In this document: positions 22,723 to 35,932 of the stretch, piece by piece | Numbering within the stretch: position 1 is the stretch's first letter | Layout: each line of letters begins with the position of its first letter | Assembly: GCA_964016885.1 (NCBI GenBank) | Contig: OZ024749.1 | Span: 38,812,001-38,876,000, forward strand | DNA length: 64,000 bases | From: Eledone cirrhosa | Taxonomy: Eukaryota | Direction of reading: 5' to 3' | Notes under the pieces: model-generated | Database searches by the model: none | Told to the model about the DNA's origin: nothing | Seen by the model: only the letters and a program-made list of their open reading frames with translations | Made by a program: the position numbers and the translations under genes

Positions 22723-23611
22723 TATATATCATTATTACACACACACACAAGTGTATGTGTGTGTGTTGGTTATGTTCTATAACATGTACAGGAAAAATAC
22801 ATCAAGTTTATATATCTATATAAAACACATATCTATGTGCACCTACATGTGCCTGCATGTATATGCACCTATGTGTGTGTATAAAGATATTTACCTACAT
22901 ATATTTTCACCTATGTGTGTCTGTATATATGTTCACCTATGTGTGTGTGTGTGTGTATATATATTTTCACCAATGTGTGTCTGTATATATGCATCTACAT
23001 GTGTGTATATATATATTTTCATCTATGTGTGTCTGTATATATGTGCATCTATGTGTGTGTATATATATATTTTTAGCTGTAGAAATGAGATGATAGGGAC
23101 TGGGGTCCCTATCATTCCACTACAAAGTGGTCGTGGAGGTGCCACGGCAAAAAAGCACCCAGCACTCACTGTAAATGAGGTTGGTGTTAAGAAGGGCATC
23201 CAGCTGTAGAAATCAAGCCAGCATCAGTTCCCGTCCCACCCTTGCAAGCAGGGAAAAGCGGACGTAAAATGAAATGATGATGATATCGTTTCTGAATTTG
23301 TTTAGCAAGATTCTTTATCTGAAAACGTGTGTTGAAACCAATATTGATAAATTCTTAAATTTATAAATTTAATTTATAATAAATTGGAGTGAAAGCAACT
23401 GGTGCATGTGTTTCTTATTGGCAACATGACCCTCCCAAAGCATAACAAAATATATATATATATGTATCCTGTAATGATATTTTCTCCATAATTCCATTTC
23501 TCCATTGTATAACAATATTTTTACACATGCCAACTTTTTAGCAACACTTCTATCCATACATCATTTATAGAAGGAATATTAACAGACACTTTACACTACT
23601 ATCTATCCTCA

Positions 23612-24006
23612 AGTAGTAGTAGTAGTGGTGGTGGTAGTGGTGGTTGTTGTTATAGATATAGTAGTGGTGGTGGTGGTAGTTGTAGATGTAGTAGTAGTAT
23701 TACCACCACCACCACCACCACCATTACTATTACCACTACTGCTACTACTACCACCACCACTGCTACTACTACCACCACCACCACCACTATTATCACAGCT
23801 ATTATTACTATGACTACTACCACCACCACCACTACTATTACTACCACTGCCACCACCACTTTTATCACTTCTACTATTACCACTAGCACCACTACCCCCC
23901 CCCATCATCACTGCCACTACTACTACTACTACTACTATTACTACCACCACCACCACTTTTATCACTTCTACTACTATTACCACCAGTACCACTACTACTG
24001 CTACCA

Positions 24007-24061
<55 letters not shown>

Positions 24062-24425
24062 CACCACCAATACTGTACATTAAGCAGGCTGTACTACTGA
24101 ATATTAAGCACACTGGTCTGTGAAAGAACTTTTTTGTTATTGATTGTTAAAGTGGAAACTTTAACTAACTGAATTAGCAGCCTTCATAATGCTTCTTTAC
24201 AGTCTTCAGAGAAACTGTCATCATCATCATCATCACAGCCATCTTCATTGCCATCACCACCATCACAAACATCATTACCACTACAATCATCATTATCACC
24301 ATCACTATGAACATCATTACCACCACCATCATTACCACCCATACCATTACAACTATCATTATCACCATCGTCTTGTCACCATCACCATCACCGCTGCCGC
24401 CACCACCACCACCATCACCACCACC

Positions 24426-24458
<33 letters not shown>

Positions 24459-24460
24459 CA
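23612..24460. repeat. trinucleotide low-complexity tracts (TAG/GGT, CAC/TAC, CAT)
   Basis: direct reading. Confidence 0.9.
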
Positions 24461-24942
24461 TGAATTGGTTCTTCCCTTTTTCTCACACACACACACACTT
24501 TCTTTCTGTAGGAAATTAACTGAGGTCAGCTGTGGAGAGAGATTTGCTCTGCCAGACTTCAATAGCTGAGACAAGTGACAGAAATTATCATCATCATCAT
24601 TTAATGTCTGTTTTCCCTGTTAGCAATGGTTTGACATATGATGACATAAATTGAAAATAACTTACAAGCTTGTTTTTGACTCAAAAAGGGCTTTGTTTGG
24701 AATAGGAAGTTGAAAATATTGAACAGGATAAATAGCTCCTGTTTTATTGTAGTAGCTCCTGTGGATTTGACCAGACTGCAAACAGAAAATAGTGCAACTT
24801 AACTATAATGATATATATATAGAGAGTAATAATATATGTGAAGACTAAAATCCAAAGAGGGTATGATAAGGATTTTATATATATATAGTGAAAAATTGAA
24901 CGGGAACAAAACAGAGAAGCAGTACGAACAAAGGTTTATTAA

Positions 24943-25012
24943 TTTCACGCTCTTGAGAGTGGGGTGCTGGTGGGGAGCGACGTTTCGGGCATAAGCCCTT
25001 CTTCAGGTGAAA
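24943..25012 (-). ncRNA. Penelope-type minimal hammerhead motif in a TA-flanked element (about 24888-25152)
   Basis: minus: UUUCAC-CUGAAGA-A-GGGC uuau GCCC-GAAACGUC; stem I partner GUGAAA is displaced by a GCUC...GAGC hairpin; AAUAAA follows. Confidence 0.65.
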
Positions 25013-25238
25013 AGTGTGTGGGAAGAGAGTTCAAAGGGTGTGTAGGGGAGTGGTGGAGAGACATATAGCAAAAAGGGGGTGAGAGGAAACGGTGCAAATG
25101 AAATTAAAAATAAAGGCATGATCAAAATAAAATTAAAATGGGGTAAAACAGGTATATATATATAATTGGTGTTGGATGCTTAAAGCGTCCATATGCGGTA
25201 GGCTGTATGAGCACTTGATGCTCTCAGAGCAGAGTATG

Positions 25239-25462
25239 ATATCACAGAAAAAAAGAAAATCAGTGTTGCGACGAATGGAATTTATTGGACATATTACAAT
25301 CGTTTCTTTGGCGACCAGCTCGAGGCACGATCGATTTGATGATCAGAGTCAAGTTCGATCATAAAATCGATCGTGCCTCGAGCTGGTCGCCAGAGAAATG
25401 ATTGTAATATGTCCAATAAATTCCATTCGTCGCGACACTGATTCTCTTTTTTTCTGTGATAT
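25239..25462. mobile_element. long palindrome, inverted derivative of the 2545-2747 hammerhead element
   Basis: about 105-bp arms, 12-nt spacer 25345-25356; spacer plus right arm align to the minus strand of 2555-2655. Confidence 0.8.
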
Positions 25463-25651
25463 ATATATATAAACCCGTAGAGCAAATATTTATTATAAGT
25501 ACAGATTAAAGTTTAAGCAAAGAATCGCTGCTGTCACCCTTTACAGGATCTTCTGAAACTGAGAAAAATCAATCTGTGGACGCAGAAGTAAATATTTCAA
25601 CAAATGTTACAACTGAAGGAAAACAACACACACACACACACACATATAGTA

Positions 25652-25990
25652 GGAGGCACATGGCTTAGTGGTTAGAGCATTGGCCTTGCAATCGAAAGGT
25701 TGTGAGTTCAATTCTCAGACCGGGTGATGTGTTGTTTCCTTGAGCAAGACACTTTATATCACATTGCTCCAGTTTACTCAGCTGTAGAAATGAGATGATA
25801 GGGGCTGGTGTCCATATCATTCCACTGCAAAGTGGTCGTGTAGGTGCCACGGCAAAAAAGCACCCACCACTCACTGTAAATGAGGTTGGTGTTAGGAGGG
25901 GCATCCAGCTGTAGAAATCAAGCCAGAATCAGTTCCCGTCCCACCCTTGCAAGCAGGGAGAAGTGGACGTAAAATGAAATGATGATGATA
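25652..25990 (+). mobile_element. SINE family 2, full length
   Basis: near-identical to 652-990. Confidence 0.9.
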
Positions 25991-26534
25991 TATGTATGTG
26001 TGTGTGAAAGAAGATGATGGCAAGAGGAACGTAACAAGTAGTGAGATGCAGTGTTGGAGAAGATCTGTGTAATCCATGCAAGCATGGATAAACAGACTCA
26101 TAAAGGATGATGATGATAATGTAATTTTATATTAAGATAACATGGAAAAAAAGTTGAAGGCAGAATATGAATATATATATTAAATCCATTTTTTTTTACC
26201 TGATAGAATCTTTCTAAACTTTTTCTAGCGCATGAATCAGAGTTGAGCATTGGGTACTTTGGGGAAACTAGACAGGTGTCCCAGCATCGAAACCTAAAGT
26301 TAATCGCTTGATCAGGGTTAAATGAGTTGTATGCAGGGTAATGGCCTCCTCTACTGTAGTTAGACTCAGAACTTGTTGATAATGCATGAGACCGAAAATC
26401 TTGAAAATATTTCCCTGTCATGTTGCCATAAGTCTGGGCAAAGCTAAACTTGATGGTTGGACAGTGGCCACAATAGCTACAATTGAACAAAGAAAAGTCA
26501 ATAACATTTCAACTCTTTCAACACCATATTTATA

Positions 26535-26960
26535 ATTATGTTGGATGTGCAATGTCAATGTGCATGAACGACCAAGCATAGATGAGTTGAGAAGAGAAAC
26601 TGTGTATAAGAGGGATAAGTTGTAGTGTGCGGGAGAGAAGACTGCGATGGTATGGACATGTGATGTGCATGGAGGATGACCGCTGGGTAAAGAAGTGCCA
26701 AGAAATCCCAGTAGAAGGAAGACATGTGAATAGGATTCCACTGGAACAGATATAGAAGTTCAAGTATCTCAGGGCCGTGTTCATGAGTGATGAAAGGCAG
26801 GAGCCTGAAATAAATGCAAGAATTGCTTGAGCTGGTATAGTAGTGCCCAGTTTCAGCATTCGGTAATCAGAAGAAGTGGGGTAAGTGTAAAAGCCAAACT
26901 CGGATCTTCAATTCAGTATTTGTGCCAACCCTTACCTAACATCTATGAGCGTAGCTGGTT
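26535..26960 (+). mobile_element. RTE LINE RT fragments, two pieces
   Basis: RRLRWYGHVMCME-type segment followed by a KFKYLRAVFMSDE segment. Confidence 0.7.
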
Positions 26961-28039
26961 TCGCTTGAAGATCCAGTCAGATCAGTTCGAGACAGTTGCT
27001 TCTGACAGGGCCCGCTGGAAGAAGTGTTTGAGCTCTCTGCCCCATGATCCTCTTAGGAATAAATGGGCAAAGAAGGAGGAAGAGAAGTGGAAGAAGAAGT
27101 AGTATCTGGGAGATATTGTGTTTGATTCCTCAAAGCAGCTGACGGAAACTTTTTTCCAGCTTTAAGGGGGGTTCATCTTATTTTATAAGCTATTTTATAG
27201 TATCTCTGTGCATGAGCACACCACAGTGGTTCTTAAACATGAAAGAGATGCGGCAATGTATACACAATGTTTGTTAACATTTTAAAAAGCTGTGATTCAG
27301 CCATCTAAATTAATATGGTAAGAGTCGTCATAGTCACTTGGCATAATGGTTTAAAGCGCCTAGCCAGTATCTGAGAGATATGGGGTTCGGTTAATCATAG
27401 CAGCTCATGGCAACTTCTTTTTTCATCTTTGAGGCTCATCACGCCATTCTATAGCATCTCTGCACATGAGCACACTATTCTTAATATTATATATATATAT
27501 ATATGTGTGTGTGTGTGGTGTGTGTATGTGTGTGTGAGTATGTATGAATGCATATATAAACAGCAAAAAGAAATGTCTTTGGATTTACCTTGGCATAAAA
27601 TGCGGTGCCACATAGTCTGCTCTGTTGGTTGTTATTAAAGTTCCAGCAGCTCTTGACATTTCTGGGCAGCCAACAAAAACACTTTAATCGTTAGAGATAG
27701 ATAAATATAGATAGATAGATAGATAGATATATAGAGAGATTGATTGATAAACAGGGGGGGGGGGGTCGAAGTCAAAGGTATGCCCTTAGAAGAAATCTAC
27801 CAAACTACAACAAAAAAAAAATCTTGCCAAACTGGACATAAAATCGAAAGGTGAACCAAGTTCTAGTTTGCCAACAGAAAACTGATTTTTTTTTTTAGTT
27901 GTATGTGTACTTGTCAATAATAGTAAAGCTACTACTATTGTTGTTGTTATTATTGATAGGATGTTGTTGTTATTGATGGCATAGATGATGACTGTTTACA
28001 CGAAACTGAGATTGAAATAGTTGCTATTGGTTACCAGAC

Positions 28040-28319
28040 ATACAATCATCAATTTCCGTATCTTTACCGGAAGTTGCTTTTCCTACCTCATTCTACTGAA
28101 GAGAGAAAAATATGGCTGCATAGAGCCGCCCAAAAATCCACCTCTCTGTTTGGCAGCCTACGTTTCTGTTATATATACACACATATATATTTAAGTTATA
28201 TATATATATATATATATATTGTTGGTATTGTTGCTGTTGTAGCTACTGCTACAATTAATTCAGATACTTCATATTTCCTCTTCCTTTCTCGGTTTTTTAT
28301 CTGCCATCATTCGGTAAGT
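28040..28319 (+). promoter_or_regulatory. candidate promoter and first non-coding exon
   Basis: CCGGAAGT (ETS-type) at 28067-28074, AAATATGGCTGC (YY1-like) at 28108-28119, consensus donor G|GTAAGT at 28314; motif evidence only. Confidence 0.3.
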
Positions 28320-28717
28320 GTAATGTTGTTGTAGTTCTACTTTTATATAATATTGTATATATCATATGTATGTATATATATATATACACACACACACATA
28401 TATATACACACACACATATATATATACACACACGCCATCATTTTCAGTACGTGTAGATTTATATATATATATGTGTGTGTGTATGTTTATAGATGTATAT
28501 ATGTATGTAGATTTCATTTATGCATGTAGATTTCATTATGTGCGTGTATATATATCTCTCTCTCTCTATATATATATATATGTGTGTATATTTCACTATA
28601 TCACTATTATATATCTGTGTGTGAGTGAGTATCATCTCGTTTATGTGTATATATATATATATATATGTGTGTTTATAAATGTATATATGAATGATCGTCT
28701 GTATGTAGATTTCACTA

Positions 28718-28748
<31 letters not shown>

Positions 28749-28751
28749 ATA

Positions 28752-28941
28752 ACAAAGGAATTGTGGTAAGGAATCAGATGGACCATAACGCACCAGAGTA
28801 CTCAATACTTAGGGTACTAGAGTGGGAAATAGGAAAAAGTATGACCCCGACGGCAGAGCTCAAGCCGTTTCGACGGCTATTTCTGGACTGAAATAGCCGT
28901 CGAAACGGCTTGAGCTCTGCCGTCGGGGTCATACTTTTTCC
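28752..28941 (-). mobile_element. family A copy 4 (tail on left)
   Basis: arms 28832-28941 around TGGACT 28884-28889; TA flanks. Confidence 0.85.
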
Positions 28942-29480
28942 TATATATATATATACTTGTGTATATTTCACTATAACATTATATATGTGAGTCTCTCTCT
29001 TTCTCTATTTATATATATATATATATAATATGACATTAATATAACTGGTACTCGCTCTCTATATCGATCTATTTTTAATTTTGTAACTGTCAATCTTAAC
29101 TCTATTCCAAATGATTAGTCAATATCTAATTTTATTTAGTTACACATTGAAAAAAGTTTGTGTATGGAAACAGTAAAGTCTATATTAATTCCAATACTAA
29201 TACGATATGTATACATTTCGTGTACTAACTGTATACATGTGTATATATTTCGTGTACTGGGTATATATATAAAGTGTGTGTACTGGTTATGTATGTGGGG
29301 GTTTGAGAGAGTATATATATTCCATATACTGACTATATGTGTGTGTCTGTGTGTGTGTATCACGTGTACTGGCTGTGTGTGTGTGTGTGATAGTGTAAAT
29401 ATTATGTTTACTGACTATATGTGTGTGCTCTGGCTATATATGTATGAGAGTATGTGTACTGGATGCGTGTTACGAATTTG

Positions 29481-29593
29481 AGACTAGTAAGAACATAATT
29501 CAACTTAGTACTCCATGCTTAAGGCAAGTAGGGTGTATGCGATATTATAAGACCTATAGGCCCTACGATCAAGCTTAAACCATTTCGATGGCT
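29481..29593 (-). mobile_element. diverged family A relative, single arm
   Basis: minus AGCCATCGAAATGGTTTAAGCTTGATCGTAGGG versus family A AGCCGTCGAAACGGCTTGAGCTCAGCCGTCGGGG; tail motif also similar. Confidence 0.6.
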
Positions 29594-29680
29594 ATATATA
29601 TATATATATGTATGTGTTTGGGAGAGGAGGATGTGTTTTTCTTTCGTCACATCGTCACAAATTGTACTGTGTGTGTGTAT

Positions 29681-29725
<45 letters not shown>

Positions 29726-30059
29726 GAGAGAGAGAGAGAGATCACAAATGTATGTATATATATATGCGTATGTATATATTCCTTTTGTAAGGATCGGTTG
29801 CATTATATTTTCAAGACAACTTCAAATAATGTCAACTTTAGGAAAGCTACTGTATGTTATAATCAAACATATTGAAATATCATCATCATCATCGTTATGG
29901 TTATTGATATTTGTGTTGGTACTTTTATTGCTATTAGTGTTGATATTGTTATTAGTACTGTTGACATATTGGTCTTGATAGTGCTGTTGGTACTGGTGTT
30001 GTTAGGGGTACTGAAACATACATCATCACAGCTGTAATTGGTGTTGTTGGTAATTGTTA

Positions 30060-30485
30060 TAGTAATGGTAGTATTGGAGCTGGTTTTGGTGTTTGTAGTA
30101 CTGGTAATAGTAATGGTGGTATTGGTGCTAGTTTTGGTGTTTGTGGGGATGGTACTAGTAATGGTTGTATTGAAGCTGGTTTTTGGTGTTTGTAGTAATG
30201 GTGGTATTGGTGCTAGTTTTGGTGTTTGTGGGGCTGGTACTAGTAATGGTTGTATTGAAGCTGGTTTTTGGTGTTTGTAGTAATGGTGGTATTGGTGCTA
30301 GTTTTGGTGTTTGTGGGGCTGGTACTAGTAATGGTTGTATTGAAGCTGGTTTTTGGTGTTTGTAGTAATGGTGGTATTGGTGCTAGTTTTGGTGTTTGTG
30401 GGGCTGGTACTAGTAATGGTTGTATTGAAGCTGGTTTTGGTGTTGTTGGTACTAGTGATAGTAATGGTGATATTGGAGCTGGTTA
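30060..30485. repeat. 85-bp tandem repeat built from about 42-bp subunits
   Basis: ORF starts recur at 30183, 30268 and 30353. Confidence 0.9.
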
Positions 30486-30931
30486 TCGTGTTAGTGCTGG
30501 TGGCATTGGTATTAGTTATAGTAATGGTGGTATTTGTGCTAGTGGTACTGTTTATAATGATAGTGGTGTTAGTAGTACTGGTTATAGTGGTGTTGGTTAT
30601 GGCTGTGGTACTGGCTATAGTTCCGATGTGTTTATTGTCAGTCTTAACTTTGGGTGGACGTTGCCATTTCGATACTTTTCGTAAGTACAGAGTACTAAGT
30701 GTTACTGGTCTTAGCCATATATATTAGCATACACACACACACACACACACATATGCTCACAAATACACACACACACACACACACTATATACTCACAAATA
30801 CAAGGCCTTTGTGGTGACGTTAAAAATTTACCCCCCCCCCCCCCCCCCCCACACACACACTTCGTAATTGTTCTTATCTCTTTATCTTTTATTTACGTTA
30901 ATGGTTTATTCTTCCTAGTTTCACCAGTCGG

Positions 30932-30987
<56 letters not shown>

Positions 30988-31660
30988 CACACACACACAC
31001 ACACCCACATATATATTCAATGTCGAGTGCTCTGAATCATTTATAAACATTTATATTTGTTGAATTACCAACAAATTGAATATCCCTTCTGCTTATATAT
31101 ATAGTGAAAGAATGAACAAGGGGCTATATAGACAGACAGATTATTTCAATAATAGTCCCATGTATCCGTTATATATACACTGGAACGTATTCTACAATCC
31201 AGTTGTTAAATTTGATACCAGTTGGAACGAAGTTTTGGCGAGATTCTCCCCCCCCCCATTCTCTACTCCATACACTTTTACTAAATGCTCGCCTCTAATC
31301 AAGTGTATTTCTATCCACCCCCTCTCTCTCTCCTTCTCTCTCTCTCTCTCACACACACACACATATATGTATATAATTGCTTCGACTCTTCATCAAATGC
31401 ATTCATTCATCTTATGCCTATCATCTCTATTTCTAATTTACTGTTGTGACGTTTACTACATGACTTGGCAAACTATCCCATCACTACCCCCCCCCCTCCT
31501 CTGTAGTACCCAGTACTACTACAGAGTACTGTAGTAGTGTCTGGGACGTATTTAAGTGCGATTCAACCTCGGACCTGTCTGAGAGGTCAGTGTCTCTGAT
31601 TAAGTAGTCTTAGTCTGAGATGACCAATCCAAACTGCGCTGGCAGGGAAAGCGGACGTTA

Positions 31661-32300
31661 AATAATTGTTTCTACTTTTGGCACAAGGCCAGCAAATAAC
31701 CAGTGTATTACTGGTACTTTATTTTATCGACCCCGTAAGGATGAAAGGCAAAGTTAGCCTCGGCTGGATTTGAACTCAGAATGGCAAGGGCCGTAACTCT
31801 ACGCGTCAAAGCATGGCGTCCGATCGTCTACCGATACTGCCAATCCGCGGACGTTAAATAATTGTTTCTACTTTTGGCACAAGGCCAGCAATTATCCCAG
31901 TGTATTACTGGTACTTTATTTTATCGACCCCCGTAAGGATGAAAGGCAAAGTTAACCTCGGCGGGATTAAATAATTGTTTCTACTTTAGGCACAAGGCCA
32001 GCAATTTATCCAGTACATTACTGGTACTTTATTTTATCGACCCCGTAAGGATGAAAGGCAAAGTTAACCTCGGCGGGATTAAATAATGATAACGATACAC
32101 ACACAAATATATCATCATTGGCAGTATCGGTAGAGAGTCGGACGCCATGCTTTCCAGCATAGTTACGTTCCTTTACGGTCTGAGTTCAAATCCCGTCGAG
32201 GTTAACTTTGCCTTTCATCCTTACGGGGTCGATAAAAGAAAGTACCAGTAATGTACTGGGTAATTGCTGACCTTGTGCCTAAAGTAGAAACAATCATTAT
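31661..32300. mobile_element. cluster of SINE family 1: three tandem minus copies and one plus copy
   Basis: TAATTGTTTCTACTTT... recurs near 31664, 31860 and 31973; plus copy at 32118-32300. Confidence 0.88.
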
Positions 32301-33035
32301 TAATGTTTAACGTCCATTTTCCACGCTAGCATGGGTTAGACAAGTTGTCCCGTTTGCTAATACAGAACTGATTTGGGCTTGGTTTCTAAGGCTAGATGCC
32401 CTTCTTTACGTCAACCAGTGGGGGCTGTGTCCTTTTTGTCATGGCACCAACACGACCACTTTACAGTGTGGACTGGCGACTTGGGTTGGGATTGGTGAGG
32501 TAGATCTAGGGACGAGGGTGGGGTATTACGACGTTGGAGGTGTATGGAAGGGAGGATGGAGGGCAAGAAGGTGCATACTAGATGTATGTTTCAACCTGTG
32601 CACATGGGAAGGCAAGTCTTCTGTATTACTGCATAACACCAGAGATCTCGGTACTGTGTCTTCACCTTTAAGAGTTGCAATTGTACAAGGTCAGCTTTTA
32701 TCATCTCATTAAAAGTCTTCTTAGGTCTTCCTACTCCATATCTTCCATCAACTTTGAGTACTCTGCACCTTTTTATACAGATGTTATCCTTCATATGTAT
32801 CACATGTCCATAGCAAGACAATCTCCTTTCCTGCACACAGCATCTGATCCCTCTTATGCCCAGTTTCTCTCCCAGTTCATTTATGCTTTGCTGTTCATGT
32901 ATATTACTATTAAACAACCATCAAAGCATGGAGGCTTCATTTCTTTCCAATCTGCACAGATCTTCTGTGCACAGCGCATAGGTGTCACTACCATGCAGCA
33001 TTGCTGTTCATATACATGCATCGTACCATCTGCCC
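32300..33035 (-). mobile_element. RTE LINE 3' fragment with 3'UTR
   Basis: ORF 32591-32917 (minus) is similar to the C-terminus of 1012-1935. Confidence 0.85.
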
Positions 33036-33036
33036 T

Positions 33037-33217
33037 TGGTGGATTGGCAGTATCGGTAGAGGGTCGGACGCCATGCTTTCTAGCATAGTTACGTCTCTTT
33101 ACAGTCTGAGTTCAAATCCCGCCGAGGTTAACTTTGCCTTTCATCCTTACAGGGTCGATAAAATAAAGTACCAGTAATGTACTGGGTTATTGCTGGCCTT
33201 GTCCCTAAAGTAGAAAC

Positions 33218-33222
<5 letters not shown>
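33037..33222 (+). mobile_element. SINE family 1
   Basis: full head, core and tail. Confidence 0.88.
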
Positions 33223-33285
<63 letters not shown>

Positions 33286-33812
33286 GTAAAAAGCTGACTG
33301 GGATGCCTAGCGGTTTCACCTTGATTTTGGCAATCCTTTCAAGGGTGTACTGGTGTTTGAAGAATTTTTATTGAATTTTTATAGGCAGCCATTTTGTGGA
33401 ATTAGATCACTTGCTGGGTTGGTCAGCCACTGGTGGTAGTTTATGGTCAGAGGGCTCATTGTAGAAAGCTGGCATGGGAATATTACATTGGGCTAGGTAA
33501 CGTGGTTGGATTTTTCCCTTCCTTTATACCCACTCTGCTTCTTCCCATGTATAGAGTACTTCTCTGATTTGTGGTCTCCCCAGTCTCAGCACTGCAGATT
33601 TTATATCATCATTTAACATCCATTATCCCATGCTGGCATGAGTTAGATGAGTTGTCCCATTGTGAGTCAAGTCGGATCAGATGGTCGTGTCTTACAGAAC
33701 AGTTTTATTTCTATGGCTGGATGCCCTTCCCAATGCCAACCACATTTACAGTGTGAACTGGGTGCCTTATATATATATATATATATATATATGTATCATC
33801 TACAAAAGTTAA

Positions 33813-34009
33813 CCCTTTAGCATTCACATTATTCTATATATACTATTATATTTTCATGGTAAAGGCTTTACCTCACATAAAATCGAATCTATGAGATTTT
33901 GAAAGTATTTATTTTGAGAACAATACCTTAACATCAGTTTGAGCGACCAGTTACAGCCAGTTTCAACAGAAAGAGGTAGAGAATTCTGGCCGGTTTGAAC
34001 ATTAAAGGG
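33813..34009. mobile_element. piggyBac-like MITE, same family as 20304
   Basis: TTAA|CCCTTTAGCATT...ATTAAAGGG|TTAA. Confidence 0.8.
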
Positions 34010-34719
34010 TTAAACATTAAACTTTGCTGAAGAAACCAAACATTACTTATTCCTGGCCCGTCAAACAATGGCTTATATGTATTTGTAACTAATATCTACA
34101 TGGAATATGATGACCAAGTTCTGGAAATAAAATTTGTCAGTCAGTAGTGTTTATATGTATGTATACATACACAGTATCTATGATATAATATACTCACTTT
34201 TCCAACCATAAGACCTACTACAAGTATTATCCCACCATCACCACCATCACCCCTATTTCTATAAAGAACTCCACCCAAGCTTTTAAACCCTTTCACATGA
34301 AATTACTATCAGAATCATTTAAGTTCCAAAATTTATTGCAGCCCTTCTTCCTGCATATGCTTGTTTGTTTTACACCTCCACCACACACACACACACACAC
34401 ACACACATGCATTGCATACACATACACATACACACACTACACCCGACACCATCAGTAACTATGCGGTAAGTGCATTTTAATTTCTTTCTTTTTTTTGCAT
34501 TATGGTGGGGGTGTTGTGGGGGAGGTACAACGTCAGCGTGTGCATATGTGTTCACATACCTATGTGTGTGCATATGTGTACACATACCTATGCGTGTGTG
34601 TGTGTACACACATACCTATGTTTGTATGTGTGTGTGTGTACATATACTTGTGTTTGTGTTAGGGCTGTGTGTATGTGTGAATATATACATATTTGTGTAT
34701 ATATATGTGTCTGAGTATG

Positions 34720-35400
34720 TACATATACATGGTTGTGTGCAAGCTACATGTATGTGTGTATGTACATGTTTTTGTGCAAGCTACATGTATGTGTGTATAT
34801 ACATGGTTGTGTGCAAGCTACATGTATGTGTGTATATACATGGTTGTGTGCAAGCTACATGTATGTGTGTATGTACATGTTTTTGTGCAAGCTACATGTA
34901 TGTGTGTACGTACATGTTTTTGTGCAAGCTACATGTATGTGTGTATATACATGTTTTTGTGCAAGCTACATGTATGTGTGTATATACATGTTTTTGTGCA
35001 AGATACATGTATGTGTGTATGTACATGTTTTTGTGCAAGATACATGTATGTGTGTATATACATGTTTTTGTGCAAGCTACATGTATGTGTGTATATACAT
35101 GGTTGTGTGCAAGCTACATGTATGTGTGTATATACATGGTTGTGTGCAAGCTACATGTATGTGTGTATATACATGTTTTTGTGCAAGATACATGTATGTG
35201 TGTATATACATGTTTTTGTGCAAGCTACATGTATGTGTGTATATACATGTTTTTGTGCAAGCTACATGTATGTGTGTATATACATGTTTTTGTGCAAGCT
35301 ACATGTATGTGTGTATATACATGTTTTTGTGCAAGATACATGTATGTGTGTATATACATGTTTTTGTGCAAGATACGTGTATGTGTGTATATGTTTGTAT
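34720..35400. repeat. 37-bp minisatellite
   Basis: unit GTGCAAGCTACATGTATGTGTGTATATACATGTTTTT, starts at 34922 and 34959. Confidence 0.95.
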
Positions 35401-35564
35401 GCCAGGTACATATATGTGTGTATATACATGTTAGTTTTAGTTCACAATGTATCTATCTCCCCATTCTAGACTTCATTTAAAGGAAGGGCTGGTTTTAAGA
35501 ATTTGGAATTTCAAAACAATATACTTTTGGCTTCACAACTAAAAACTATATATAATATATATAT

Positions 35565-35645
<81 letters not shown>

Positions 35646-35754
35646 TATATACACACATGCACACATTGCTCATCTTCAGCTGATATAAAACTGGGTGTTA
35701 TTCTTCCCAGCTTATTGCATATTTTACAAATATTTCATTTAGTTTGGATCTTAT

Positions 35755-35932
35755 TAGTATCGGTAGAGGGTCGGACGCCATGCTTTGCAGCATAGTTACG
35801 TCCCTTTACGATCTGAGTTCAAATCCCGCCGAGGTTGACTTTGCCTTTCATCCTTACGGGGTCGATAAAATAAAGTACCAGTAATGCACTGGGTAATTGC
35901 TGGCCTTGTGCCTAAAGTAGACACAATTATTA
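35755..35932 (+). mobile_element. SINE family 1
   Basis: core and tail intact. Confidence 0.88.

Noticed and set aside
24512-24569. Possible terminal exon KLTEVSCGERFALPDFNS*
   Set aside because: No recognisable homology or upstream partner exon
25652-25725. tRNA-like head with a GCA triplet
   Set aside because: Runs into a SINE body in every copy; no complete cloverleaf, so not called as a tRNA gene
31509-31545. 16-bp hairpin CCCAGTACTACTACAG-agta-CTGTAGTAGTGTCTGGG
   Set aside because: Largely TAC/GTA triplets; single copy; no functional cue
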